DNA from: Anaeramoeba ignava BMAN
Taxonomy: Eukaryota > Protista > Anaeramoebae
NCBI GenBank assembly: GCA_028826165.1
Contig: JAPDFW010000085.1
Location: 62,001-126,000 of the forward strand
DNA length: 64,000 nt
Direction: 5' to 3'
Below are positions 38,901-51,058 of the stretch, piece after piece (within the stretch, counting starts at the first letter, position 1; the number at the start of each line of letters is the position of its first letter). Below the pieces are notes generated by a model, which was given only the letters and a program-made list of their open reading frames with translations, was not told the origin of the DNA and did no database searches. The translations under genes and the position numbers were made by a program.

Positions 38901-41887
38901 GTAGAGCTTGTCTTTTTGCAACTTGTATTGCTGTTGCTGCCAAAAAACTTAACCGTCCTGTTCGTTTTTCTTTTGAGCGTCCTGAAGACATGCAAATTTC
39001 AGGTGGAAGACATCCTTTTAAAGCAAAATTTAAAGTTGGTTATACAAAAGATGGAAAAATTCAAGCTATTGATACTCAATTATTCGCTTCAATGGGTCAT
39101 TCTTTGGATTTATCAAGTGCTATTGCTGATAGAGCTTTGTTCCATTCTGATTCAGCTTATTTTATTCCAAATATGAGAGTTGTTGCCAAGCTTTGTAAAA
39201 CTGATTTACCAAGTAATACAGCATTTCGTGGATTTGGAGTAAGAATTCCAAACAAAATTAAAATTTATTTTATATATTTATTTTATATATTTATTTTATT
39301 TTATATATTTTATTTTATTTTATTTTATTTTATTTTATTTTATTTTATATATTTTATTTTATTTTTTATATTTATTTTATTTATTTTATTTTTTATTTTA
39401 TTTATTTTATTTTATATAGGGTCCTCAAGGTACTTATTATCTCTTTTAAAATATCTTTTAAAATATCTTTTAAAATATCCTATTAAAATATCTTTTAAAA
39501 TATCTTTTAAAATATCTATTAAAATATTTATTAAAATATTTATTAAAATATTTATTAAAATATCTATTAAAATATCTATTTAAAATATTTATTTAAATAT
39601 CTTTTAAAATATCTATTTAAAATATCTATTTAAAATATTTATTTAAATATTTATTAAAATATTTATTAAAATATTTATTTAAATATCTATTTAAAATATT
39701 TATTAAAAATATCTATTTAAAATATCTATTTAAATATCTATTTAAAATATCTATTAAAATATTTATTAAAATATCTATTTAAATATCTATTTAAATATCT
39801 ATTAAAATATTTATTAAAATATCTATTTAAATATCTTTTTAAATATCTATTAAAATATTTATTAAAATATCTATTTAAATATTTATTAAAATATTTATTA
39901 AAATATTTATTAAAATATTTATTAAAAATATTTATTAAAATATTTATTAAAATATCTATTTAAAATATCTATTTAAATATCTATTTAAATATCTATTTAA
40001 TATCTATTAAAATATCTATTTAAAATATCTATTAAAATATCTATTAAAATATTTATTAAAATATCTATTTAAATATTTATTAAAATATTTATTAAAATAT
40101 TTATTAAAATATTTATTAAAATATCTATTAAAATATTTATTTAAAATATTTATTAAAATATCTACTAAAATATTTATTTAAAATATCTATTTAAATATCT
40201 ATTTAAATATCTATTTAAATATTTTTTAAAATATCTTTTAAAATATCTATTAAAATATTTATTAAATATCTATTTAAAATATCTATTAAAATATTTATTA
40301 AAATATTTATTAAAATATTTATTTAAAATATTTATTAAAATATCTTTTCAAAATAATTTAGGAATATTTGCTACTGAAACAATAATGGATTTAGTTGCAA
40401 GAAAACTTAAAAAACATCCTGAAGAAATTCGAGAAATTAATTTAATTAAAGATGGACAAAAAACAATATTTGGACAAGATGTTAATGATTGCAAAGCTAT
40501 AGAATGTTGGAAATATATTACTAAATCAAAAGATTTTCTTGAACAAAAACGCAAAGAAATCAATCTTTTTAATGCAAATAATAAGTATAAAAAAAGAGGA
40601 TATGCAATTATGCCTCTTAAATTTGGAATATCTTTTACTGCATCATTTTTAAATCAAGCTGGTGCTTTAGTTCATATTTATAAAGATGGAAGTGTTCTTG
40701 TTTCTCATTGTGGAATTGAAATGGGTCAAGGTGTTTATACAAAAATTACTCAAGTTGCTGCAAAAGAATTAGGTGTTCCTGTTGAAAAAGTTTTTGTAAA
40801 TGAAACTTGTACTTCTCGTGTCCCTAATGGATCTGCAACAGCTGCTTCAACTGGTTTATATTTAAAACATTAAATATTAAATAAATATTAAATAAATAAT
40901 AAATATTAAATAAATATTAAATATAAATATTAAATATAAATATTCAATTTAAATAATTATTAAATAATAAATATTAAATAAATATTATATATAAATATTA
41001 AATATTCAAAATAAATATTAAATATTAAATAAATAATAAATAATAAATATTATATATAAATATTAAATAATAAATATATATTAAATATTAAATAATAAAT
41101 ATTATATATTAAATAATAAATATTAAATAATAAATAAATAATAAATAAATATTATATATAAATAGGTGCTGATTTAAACGGATTCGCAGTCGCAAAAGCT
41201 TGTCAAACACTACGCAAAAGATTACAACCCTATTTCGACAAAAATCCAAAACTCAAATTCGAAGAAATCGCACACAAAGCATATTTCGATCAAGTATCAT
41301 TATCAACAACTGGATTCTACGCAACACCAGACATTGGATATGATTTCGAAAAAGGAAAAGGACGAGCATTCCACTATTTCACATACGGAGCAGCAATGAC
41401 AGAAGTAGAAATCGACACCTTAACAGGAGGACATGAAATCATCCGAACAGACATTATAACAGACGTTGGAAGATCACTCAATTCAGCAATTGATATCGGT
41501 CAAGTTGAAGGTGCTTTTATTCAAGGCGCTGGTTGGCTCACAATGGAAGAAGTTGTTATCGGTGATAAAAATCCAAACAATAAATGGATTAAAGACGGTT
41601 TTATTTTCTCAATAGGTCCGGGTAATTATAAAATACCTTCTCCAACTGATATTCCAAGAACATTTAATGTTACTTTGCTCTCAAATTCTTCTTGTCCTTC
41701 AAATGTTCATTCTTCAAAAGCTGTTGGTGAACCTCCTTTTATTCTTGGTAATAGTGTTTTCTTTGCTATCAAAAACGCGATTTATGCTGCTAGATCAGAA
41801 AATGGTTTCAATGAATATTTCAGACTTGATGCTCCTTCCACTTGTGCTAAGATTAAAATGGCTTGTGCTGATAAATTTACTAATTAA
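35991..41887 (+). CDS. XDH: Xanthine dehydrogenase/oxidoreductase (2Fe-2S, FAD and Moco domains), 8 exons
   Basis: [73 protein letters not shown]. Exons 35991-36292, 36368-36472, 36550-36580, 36772-36842, about 36974-39238, 39420-39429, 40362-40852, 41166-41887. Confidence 0.96.
39430..40361. repeat. Satellite-filled XDH intron (AAAATATCTATT / AAAATATTTATT units)
   Basis: Array of about 12-bp period bounded by GT at 39430 and AG at 40360-40361. Confidence 0.9.
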
Positions 41888-42009
41888 GAGATTTCCTCTT
41901 TTTTTCTTCTTTTTTTTTCCAAATTAAAAAACTTTTTCCAAATTAAATCCTTTTTTTAATTTTTATTTAATTTTTATTTAATTTTTATTTAATTTTTATT
42001 TAATTTTTA

Positions 42010-42860
42010 TTTATTGATTGATTGATTAATTAATTGATTGATTGATTGATTGATTAATTAATTGATTGATTGATTGATTTATTGATTGATTGACAATTAA
42101 TTAATTTGGTGCTTGATTGATTTATTGATCAATTTATTGATTATTTGATTGATTTACAATTTATTGAACCATTTATTTATTTATTGATTCGAAAATTGAT
42201 TGACAATTATTCCCAATTTATTAATTGATTGATTGATTAATTGATTAATTATTAGAGGAGTGATTGAAAATCATCCGAATTGATTTTATTGATTTATGGA
42301 ATTTCACTCAATTCATTTATTTTATTTATTCAATTGATTGGTGCTTTTATTCAATTAATTTGGTAATTAAAATTGGACAATGGATTTTGATTTATTGATT
42401 TATCGGTGGTAAAAATCCAAACAATAATTGGATTAAAGACGGTTTTACAATCTGGTAATAGGATTATATAATTGGTAAATTTGATTTCCAAATTTGTATT
42501 CCAAGATTTACATTTTAGTAATTCTTGATTTGTCTTCAATTGTATTGGATCATTCAAATGTTAATTGACAATCAGAAACAATTGGATTGATTGGTAATTT
42601 TGATTTTGGTGATAATTAAAAACGACATTGGTGCTGATTGATTGAAAAATGACAATTTATCAATTAAATTGGACATTTGATGGTAATTTCCACAATTGGT
42701 AATTTTGTGAATTGGTAATTGGACAATTTTTTTAAAATTGACAATTAATTTATTTTTGTATTTTTAATTTCTTTTTCAAAAATTAAAAACTTTTTCCAAT
42801 TAAATTTTTTCCTTTTTGATTGATTGATTAATTTATTATTAATTAGTAATTTATTTATTG

Positions 42861-42891
<31 letters not shown>

Positions 42892-43189
42892 TGATTGATT
42901 TGTGATTTATTAGTATTGATTGATTTTATTACCAATTGATTTATTAATATTATTGATTAATTTGACAATTGATTGTAATTATTGATTAACCAATTAATTA
43001 TTTAATTGATTGATTGATTTATTGACAATTATTAATTATTAATTAATTAATTGATTTATTGATTAATTAATTTATTGATTAATTGATTAATTGATTGATT
43101 AATTAATTGATTAATTGATTGATTGATTGATTAATTGATTGATTGATTGATTTATTAATTAATTGATTAATTGATTGATTGATTGATTA

Positions 43190-43232
<43 letters not shown>
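42010..43232. repeat. (ATTG)n microsatellite region enclosing a garbled copy of the last XDH exon
   Basis: ATTG arrays at both ends; XDH-matching fragments at about 42105-42820. Confidence 0.8.
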
Positions 43233-43292
43233 CCTTTTTTTATTGAATTGTGTTTGTTTTAAAGAAAAAAAATAGATGAAAATAACAATAAT

Positions 43293-45206
43293 TTATTTTT
43301 TTAAATTTTCTAAAGCCGAATTTCCATTTTGTTGAATAAGGTGATCATTTGGGAAATTATTCATTGCTTTTTTGATAAGTTGAATTCCGTTTAATTTTCT
43401 GATTTCAATTTTGTTTTCTTTTTTTTTTTGATTTTTTTGGATTTAATAATTAATAATTAATTTATTTATATTTATTTACCTTTATCAAAAGCAATAATCC
43501 ATAAAGCTCCACATCCATTAATTTGGATATATTCATTATTTGGGAAATTATTCATTGATTTAATAATAGATTCAATTCCGTTTAATTTTCTGATTTCAAT
43601 TTTGTTTTCTTTTTTTTTGATTTTTTTGGATTTAATAATTAATAATTAATTTATTTATATTTATTTACCTTTATCAAAAGCAATAATCCATAAAGCTCCA
43701 CATCCATTTTTTTGAATATCTTCATTATTTGGGAAATTATTCATTGATTTAATAATAGATTCAATTCCTTTCAATTTTCTGATTTCAATTTGATTTTCTA
43801 TTTTTTTTATTTTTTGGATTTAATAATTAATAATTAATTTATTTGAATTTATTTACCATTATTATTAACAGCAATATTACATAAAGCTCCACATCCATTA
43901 ATTTGAATATCTTCATTATTTGGGAAATTGTCCATTGCTTTAATAATAGGCTCAATTCCTTTTAAATAATTCTTAATTTCAGTTTGATTTTCTATTTTTT
44001 TGATATTTTTATTTTGGTAAATAAATTGAAATTGAAATTGAAATTGAAATTGAAATTGATAAATTAATTTTTTTTTGGAATTTTTGGAAATAAATTAATT
44101 GATTAAAATAATATTTTTGATTAATAATTAATAATAAAATAATTTATTAAAATATTTATATTTATATTTATATTTATATTTATTTACCTTTATCAAAAGC
44201 AATAATCCATAAAGCTCCACATCCATTTTTTTGAATATTTTCATTATTTGAGAAATTATTCATTGATTTAATAATAGATTCAATTCCTTTCAATTTTCTG
44301 ATTTCAATTTTGTTTTCTTTTTTTTTTGATATTTTTATTTTGGTAAATAAATTGAAATTGAAATTGAAATTGAAATTGATAAATTAATTTTTTTTTGGAA
44401 TTTTTGGAAATAAATTAATTGATTAAAATATTTTTGATTAATAATTAATAATAAAATAATTTATTAAAATATTTATATTTATATTTATATTTATATTTAT
44501 TTACCTTTATCAAAAGCAATAATCCCTAAAGCTCCACATCCATTTTCTTGAATATCTTGATTATTTGGGAAATTATTCATTGATTTAATAATAGATTCAA
44601 TTCCGTTTAATTTTCTGATTTCAATTTTGTTTTCTTTTTTTTTTGATTTTTTTGGATTTAATAATTAATAATTAATTTATTTATATTTATTTACCTTTAT
44701 CAAAAGCAATAATCCATAAAGCTCCACATCCATTTTTTTGAATATCTTCATTATTTGGGAAATTATTCATTGATTTAATAATAGATTCAATTCCTTTCAA
44801 TTTTCTGATTTCAATTTGATTTTCTATTTTTTTTATTTTTTGGATTTAATAATTAATAATTAATTTATTTGAATTTATTTACCATTATTATTAACAGCAA
44901 TATTACATAAAGCTCCACATCCATTAATTTGAATATCTTCATTATTTGGGAAATTGTTCATTGCTTTAATAATAGGCTCAATTCCTTTTAATTTTCTGAT
45001 TTCAATTTTGTTTTCTATTTTTTTGATATTTTTGGATTTAATAATTAATAATTAATTTATTTGAATTTATTTACTATTATTATTAACAGCAATAATAGAT
45101 AAAGCTCCACATTCATTAATTTGAATATCTTCATTATTTGGGAAATTGTCCATTGCTTTAATAATAGGCTCAATTCCTTTTAATTTTCTGATTTCAATTT
45201 TGTTTT
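43293..45206 (-). repeat. Tandem array of nine exon+intron cassettes, one ARM repeat per exon
   Basis: Exons 45206-45075, 45014-44883, 44823-44695, 44633-44505, 44316-44188, 43991-43857, 43797-43669, 43608-43480 and 43417-43293. Each has an AG acceptor and the first eight a GTAAAT donor. Confidence 0.9.
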
Positions 45207-48200
45207 CTATTTTTTTGATATTTTTATTTTGGTAAATAAAATTGAATGAAAAATTGATTTAAATTGAAAAAAAGAAACTTACTCTCATCCTCATCTACAA
45301 ATTTTTTTAAAGCAAAGTATCCACCTTCTTGAATATCTTGATTCATTGGAAATTGTCTCATAAATGCTATTTTTCTTTTTTTGGTTGTTTTGTGATTTTT
45401 TTTGATAATAAAAAAATAATATTTAATTAATTAATTTACCCAAATTGTAAATAAAATGGGAATAATAAGGTGAAATAAGAAAAGAATATTTTGTTGTTTT
45501 GTTAGTTGATTGAAATAATATTTCAATTTCAAAAAATTTACTTTGAATTATATCTGAATTTTCATTTTCAATATTTGGGAAATTCATCTCATCATTTGTT
45601 TCTGATTCTGTTTTGATTGGTTTTGCCTTTTTTTGTTCTTCTATATTTTTTCCTTTTTGGTGAATAGATTGTTTAAATTGATTAATTTCTTCATCTTTTT
45701 CTTGAATAGATTGTTTAAATGGATTAATTTCTTTATCTTTTTCTTGAATAGATTGTTTAAATTGATTAATTTCTTTATCTTTTTCTTGAATAGATTGTTG
45801 AAATGAATTAATTTCTTTATCTTTTTCCTGAATAGATTGTTGAAATTTATTAATTTCTTTATTTTTTTGTTGAATAGATTGTTTAAATTGATTAATTTCT
45901 TTATCTTTTTCTTGAATAGATGGTTGAAATGGATTAATTTCTTCATCTTTTTCTTGAATAGATTGTTTAAATGAATTAATTTCTTTATCTTTTTGTTGGA
46001 TAGATTGTTTAAATTGATCTATTTCTTTATCTTTTTCTTGAATAGATTGTTTAAATGAATTAATTTCTTCATCTTTTTCTTGAATAGATTGTTGAAATTT
46101 ATTAATTTTTTTATTTTTTTGTTGAATAGATTGTTTAAGTTGATCTATTTCTTTATCTTTGTCTTGAATAGATGGTTGAAATGGATTAATTTCTTTATCT
46201 TTGTCTTGAATAGATTGTTTAAATTGATTAATTTCTTCTTCTTTTTCCTGAATAGATTGTTTAAATGAATTAATTTCTTCATCTTTTTCTTGAATAGATT
46301 GTTTAAATTGATTAATTTCTTTTATCTTTTTCTTGAATAGATTGTTTAAATGAATTAATTTCTTCATCTTTTTCTTGAATAGATTGTTGAAATTTATTAA
46401 TTTCTTTATTTTTGTGAATTTTTTTGGTTTTCTTTTTTTCTGATTTTTCAAATTGTTCTTTTTCATGCTTAAGTTGATTAATTTCCTGATTTTTTTTTTT
46501 AATTATTTTATTTTGTTTTTTTTGTTTTTTTTCAAGTTGTTCATTTTCATGCTTAAGTTGGTTAATTTCTTCATCTTTTTGTTTAATTATTTTATTTTGT
46601 TTTTTTTGTTTTTTTTCAAGTTGAAACTCTTTTTCCCAATTTTGATTTTCTTGTGGGAATTTCTGATTTTTTTGATTCATTAATTCGTATTGGATATTTG
46701 AAGGTAAAATGAGATTATTTTGATTTCTTAAATCATACAAACTAAATTCCCCATTTTTGATATTTTCAATAATACAATGAAACTCTTCGATTTGTTGATT
46801 GATTTCTTGAATTTGAATTGGATCAATGTATTTCTTTTTATCTATTAAATTTTTTTTGTTTATGTTAAATTTCTTTTTCCAATCTTGAGATAATTTCCAA
46901 ATTAAATCAATTTTGCTTTCTTTTTGTGTTGATTGAATAATTCGAGTAATTTCTTTTAATTCTTTATCATTTATATTTCCTGTTTGATTTTCTCCAATAA
47001 TTTTATCAATATTTCCTTTAATAAACTTTTCACAAATATTTGAAAGATAATTTGATTGAATGGAAATACTTTTGAAATAAATTGGAATAACATTTTTTTT
47101 ATTAATTTGTTCTGAAACTTCTTTTTCAATTTTGATTATTAAACTTGTTAATTTAAAATATTTTGAAAGCTGGAAATATTTTTCAAATTTGTTTAAATCA
47201 AATTTAAATTCTGAATCATAAAAAAATGAAATGATTGATTTAACAATATCATACTCAAATTTTGGAAGATATAATTCTTCATTTTCTGGATTTTCATGGT
47301 TTTTTTCATAAAAAAATATTGATCTTGAATTAAGTATTGATTTATGACAAGGAATTTTTTGATTAGTTTTTCCAGCATAAATTATAAAATCACAATTTTC
47401 TTGGTTTTGAAACATTGTCTTATAATTTGAAAGAAGTTGACAAATTAAAAATTTATCGAGATCTTGAGAACAAAAATCATATAATTTTGATATTTCGATT
47501 TTTTGAGATTTTTGTTTATCATAAATTTGTTGGAATGGGATTGTTTGAATTTGAATTTGAATTTGATTTTGATTTTGATTTTGAATTAAATTTTGATTTT
47601 GATTTTGATTTTGATTTTGATTTTGATTTTGATTTTGATTTTGATTTTGATTTTGATTTTGATTTTGATTTTGATTTTGATTTTCATTTTCATTTTGATT
47701 TTCATTTTCATTTTGATTTTGATTTTGATTTTGAATTTGATTTTCATTTTCATTTTCATTTTCTTTTTCATTTTCATTTTTGTCATTAAAAAGATCTTCA
47801 ATAACGAATTTTTCGTTTTCAAAATCAAATTCTGATGATTCTTCTTGAAAAGAATCGGATTGTGGAATTTTTTGTAAATTTTCAATTTGGTTTTGATTTT
47901 CATTTTGATTTTGATTTTGAATTTGATTTTGATTTTGATTTTGATTTTGATTTTGAATTTGAATTTGACTTTGATTTTGAATTTGATTTTGATTTTCATT
48001 TTGATTTTGATTTTGATTTTGATTTTGATTTATATTTTGATTTTGATTTTGATTTTGATTTTGGATTTGATTTTGATTTTGAATTTGATTTTGATTTTGA
48101 TTTTGATTTTGATTTTGATTTTGATTTTGATTTTCATTTTGATTTTGATTTTGATTTTGATTTTGATTTTGATTTTGATTTTGATTTTGATTTTGATTTT

Positions 48201-49290
48201 CATTTTGATTTTGATTTTCATTTTGAATTTGAATTTGATTTTGATTTTGATTTTGATTTTGATTTTGATTTTGATTTATATTTTGATTTTGATTTTGATT
48301 TTGATTTATATTTTGATTTTGATTTTGATTTTGAATTTGATTTTGATTTTGAATTTGATTTTTATTTTGATTTTGATTTTGATTTTGATTTTGATTTTGA
48401 TTTTGATTTTGATTTTGATTTTGATTTTGATTTTGATTTTGATTTTGATTTTGATTTTGATTTTCATTTTGATTTTGATTTTGATTTTGATTTAAATTTT
48501 GATTTTGATTTTGATTTTGATTTTGATTTTGATTTTGATTTTGATTTTGATTTTGATTTTGATTTTGATTTTGATTTTGATTTTGATTTTGATTTTGATT
48601 TTGATTTTGATTTTGATTTTGATTTTGATTTTGATTTTCATTTTGATTTTGATTTTGATTTTGATTTTGATTTTGATTTTGATTTTGATTTTGATTTTGA
48701 TTTATATTTTGATTTTGATTTTGATTTTGAATTTGATTTTGATTTTGATTTTGATTTTGATTTTGATTTTGATTTTGATTTTGATTTTGATTTTGATTTT
48801 GATTTTGATTTTGATTTTGAATTTGATTTTGATTTTGATTTTGAATTTGATTTTGATTTTGATTTTCATTTTGATTTTGATTTTGATTTTGATTTTGATT
48901 TAAATTTTGATTTTGATTTTGATTTTGATTTTGATTTTGATTTTGATTTTGATTTTGATTTTGATTTTGATTTTGATTTTGATTTTGATTTTGATTTTGA
49001 TTTTGATTTTGATTTTGAATTTGATTTTGATTTAGATTTTGATTTTCAATTTGATTTTGATTTTGATTTTGATTTTGATTTTGATTTTGATTTTGATTTT
49101 GATTTTGATTTTCAATTTGATTTTGATTTTGATTTTGATTTTGAATTTGAATTTGATTTTGATTTTGATTTTGAATTTGATATTGTTCTTTTGGGATTTT
49201 CATTGGATTTCTTTTTCCTTTTTTGAAATTTTTTTTTGTTTTTGATTTTGATTTTGTTTCTTTTTTTGTTTTTCTTTCAGAATAACTCAT
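43293..49290 (-). CDS. BTB/POZ, 14-aa-repeat coiled coil and armadillo-repeat protein, 11 exons
   Basis: Exon 1 (49290-45440) holds an NQ tract, BTB (CDFIIYAGKTNQKIPCHKSILNSRSIFF) and INQFKQSIQEKDKE repeats, with one extra A near 46320. It splices in phase 1 to exon 45366-45283 and then to nine ARM exons, ending at TAA 43293-43295. Confidence 0.82.
45660..46410 (-). repeat. 42-bp coding minisatellite encoding a 14-aa (two-heptad) coiled-coil repeat
   Basis: About 18 units of INQFKQSIQEKDKE and variants. Confidence 0.92.
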
Positions 49291-49469
49291 TTTGCTTTCT
49301 TTTTTGTTTTAATTTTGATTTTAATTTTTATATTGATTTTAATTTTGTTGAAAAGAAAAAAATGGAATTCAAAAAATGAAAAAAAAATTTTTTTTTTGTT
49401 GTTTTTTTATTAATTTTTTTTTTGTTCATTTTGTTTTTTTGTTTCTTCTTGAAAAATCAAAGTTAATAT

Positions 49470-50799
49470 TTACAATTTGCAAATAGGAATCAAAGCAACA
49501 CGAGAATACTTAGTATGTGAGTATTTCTTTCTAACCGAAATTAAGTTATTTGGATTAGCAGAATCCAAAGTAGAAATTTTCGAAGCAATTTTATGCATTT
49601 CTTGAATGCAAGGAAATAAATCATTTTCAGAATACTTTGTAAAGTATTGAATAGTTGGATTCCACAAATTTTGAGAAGGAAAATCTTGGGGAATTTTGCC
49701 TTGATGATTTTGACTTTTTTTTAATTGATCCAAAGTTTGAATTGAAAGATATAAAGCAGATGCTGCTATTTTTGAGCTACAGAAGTCTAGCATTTGGATC
49801 TCTGGTACGGTCATTTCAATAAAATAATTCGTTAGAAGATCATAGCGCAAATCCTGTTCGTTGGAGGGCAAGTTCACGTCCAAAACACGGAGGAATCTTT
49901 TGGCAAAAAATAACGGTGTGACATAACTTAAATCAAATTTGAGTAAGTTCAAAATGATTGATTCCATTTTCAGGATGTCTTCTTTGTTAAATGCGCCGTC
50001 GCAAATATAAACAAAGTCTCCGACTTCTGGCGGGTAAATTTCCTCGTATTTGGAGGCAATTAGCATCGATGTCACACCGAGTAACTGGAGCTTGGAAATT
50101 GACAAGTTTTCCAATGACAGAAATTTGTCGATTATATAGCGAGTTAAATACAAGGTATCAGGTAGTAATTTGAATTTCAAATGAACTTCAATCAGCCAAT
50201 CGAGAAGAACTGCTCTCATTCTCGTGCTGATTTTGGTCTGGGTCGTTGATAGATAATTTGGGGAAATTTTGTTCTCCTTTTCCGTTTCGAATTTGTGATC
50301 CATAATTTCCTCAATAAATTCTGTTACGAATTGGATATTATTTGCGTATTTTTCGTTGACGTCAATAACATCTTCTGGAAGTGATTTTTGGGGGGATATT
50401 TCTTCTTTTTCAATGGAGATCTCTTCCTCCATTTCTTCTTCTAATTTTTCATTCATTTTTTTAAGAATTATTTTTTCTTGTTCTTTTTTGCTGTTTTTGT
50501 GAATTTTTTTTTTGGGGTTTTTTGTTGCAATTGCTTTTGTTGTTTGTGGAAGAAGTGTTTTTGTTGTATTTGTAATTGTTGTTAAAACACCTCTTTTGTT
50601 TCTTTTATGGTTTTGTTGATTTGCTGCGATTTGTTTTTGTTTTTGTTTTTGAATTTTTGATTTGAGAGTGTTTTGTTGAGCAAGAATAATAGAAGGGTTA
50701 TTTTCTAAAGTTATTTTCGACTAAAAATCAATTTAACATTTTAAATTAATTTTTAAATAAAATTTTTAATTAAATTTTAATTTTAATTTTTACATTCAT
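49470..50799 (-). CDS. B-type (G2/M) cyclin, 2 exons
   Basis: Cyclin box MRAVLLDWLIEVHLKFKLLPDTLYL, LIASKYEEIYPP. In-frame upstream D-box RGVLTTITN. Probable 6-nt first coding exon ATGAAT (50799-50794) and intron 50793-50721. Confidence 0.93.
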
Positions 50800-51058
50800 T
50801 TTGTTTTTAAAAAAAAGGAAAATAAATTAAGAAATAGAAAAATGGAAAAATAGAAAAATGAAAAAAGGTTTTTTTTTAGTTTTTTAAAAGAAAAAAAAAA
50901 GGAATCGTTAAAACCGTTAAAATAATAAATTCGGAAAAAAAATTTTTTATAAATTTTTCTCTTTTGGTTTTCTTTCTTTCTTTTTTTTAAAACAAAATTA
51001 ATTAAAAATAAAAATAAAAATAAAAATAAAAATAAAAATAATAAAAAGCAATTCAAAA

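Noticed and set aside
35991-41887. Inteins or selenocysteine recoding in conserved enzymes
   Set aside because: No Hint-type insertion (C...HN) and no in-frame TGA at a conserved position was seen. All interruptions are explained by GT-AG introns.
42351-42557. 68-aa minus-strand ORF
   Set aside because: It lies antisense to the garbled XDH copy and has no independent coding signal.
47590-49180. Telomeric repeat array (TTTTGA)n
   Set aside because: It is internal, in frame within a coding exon, and interspersed with codon-preserving variants.
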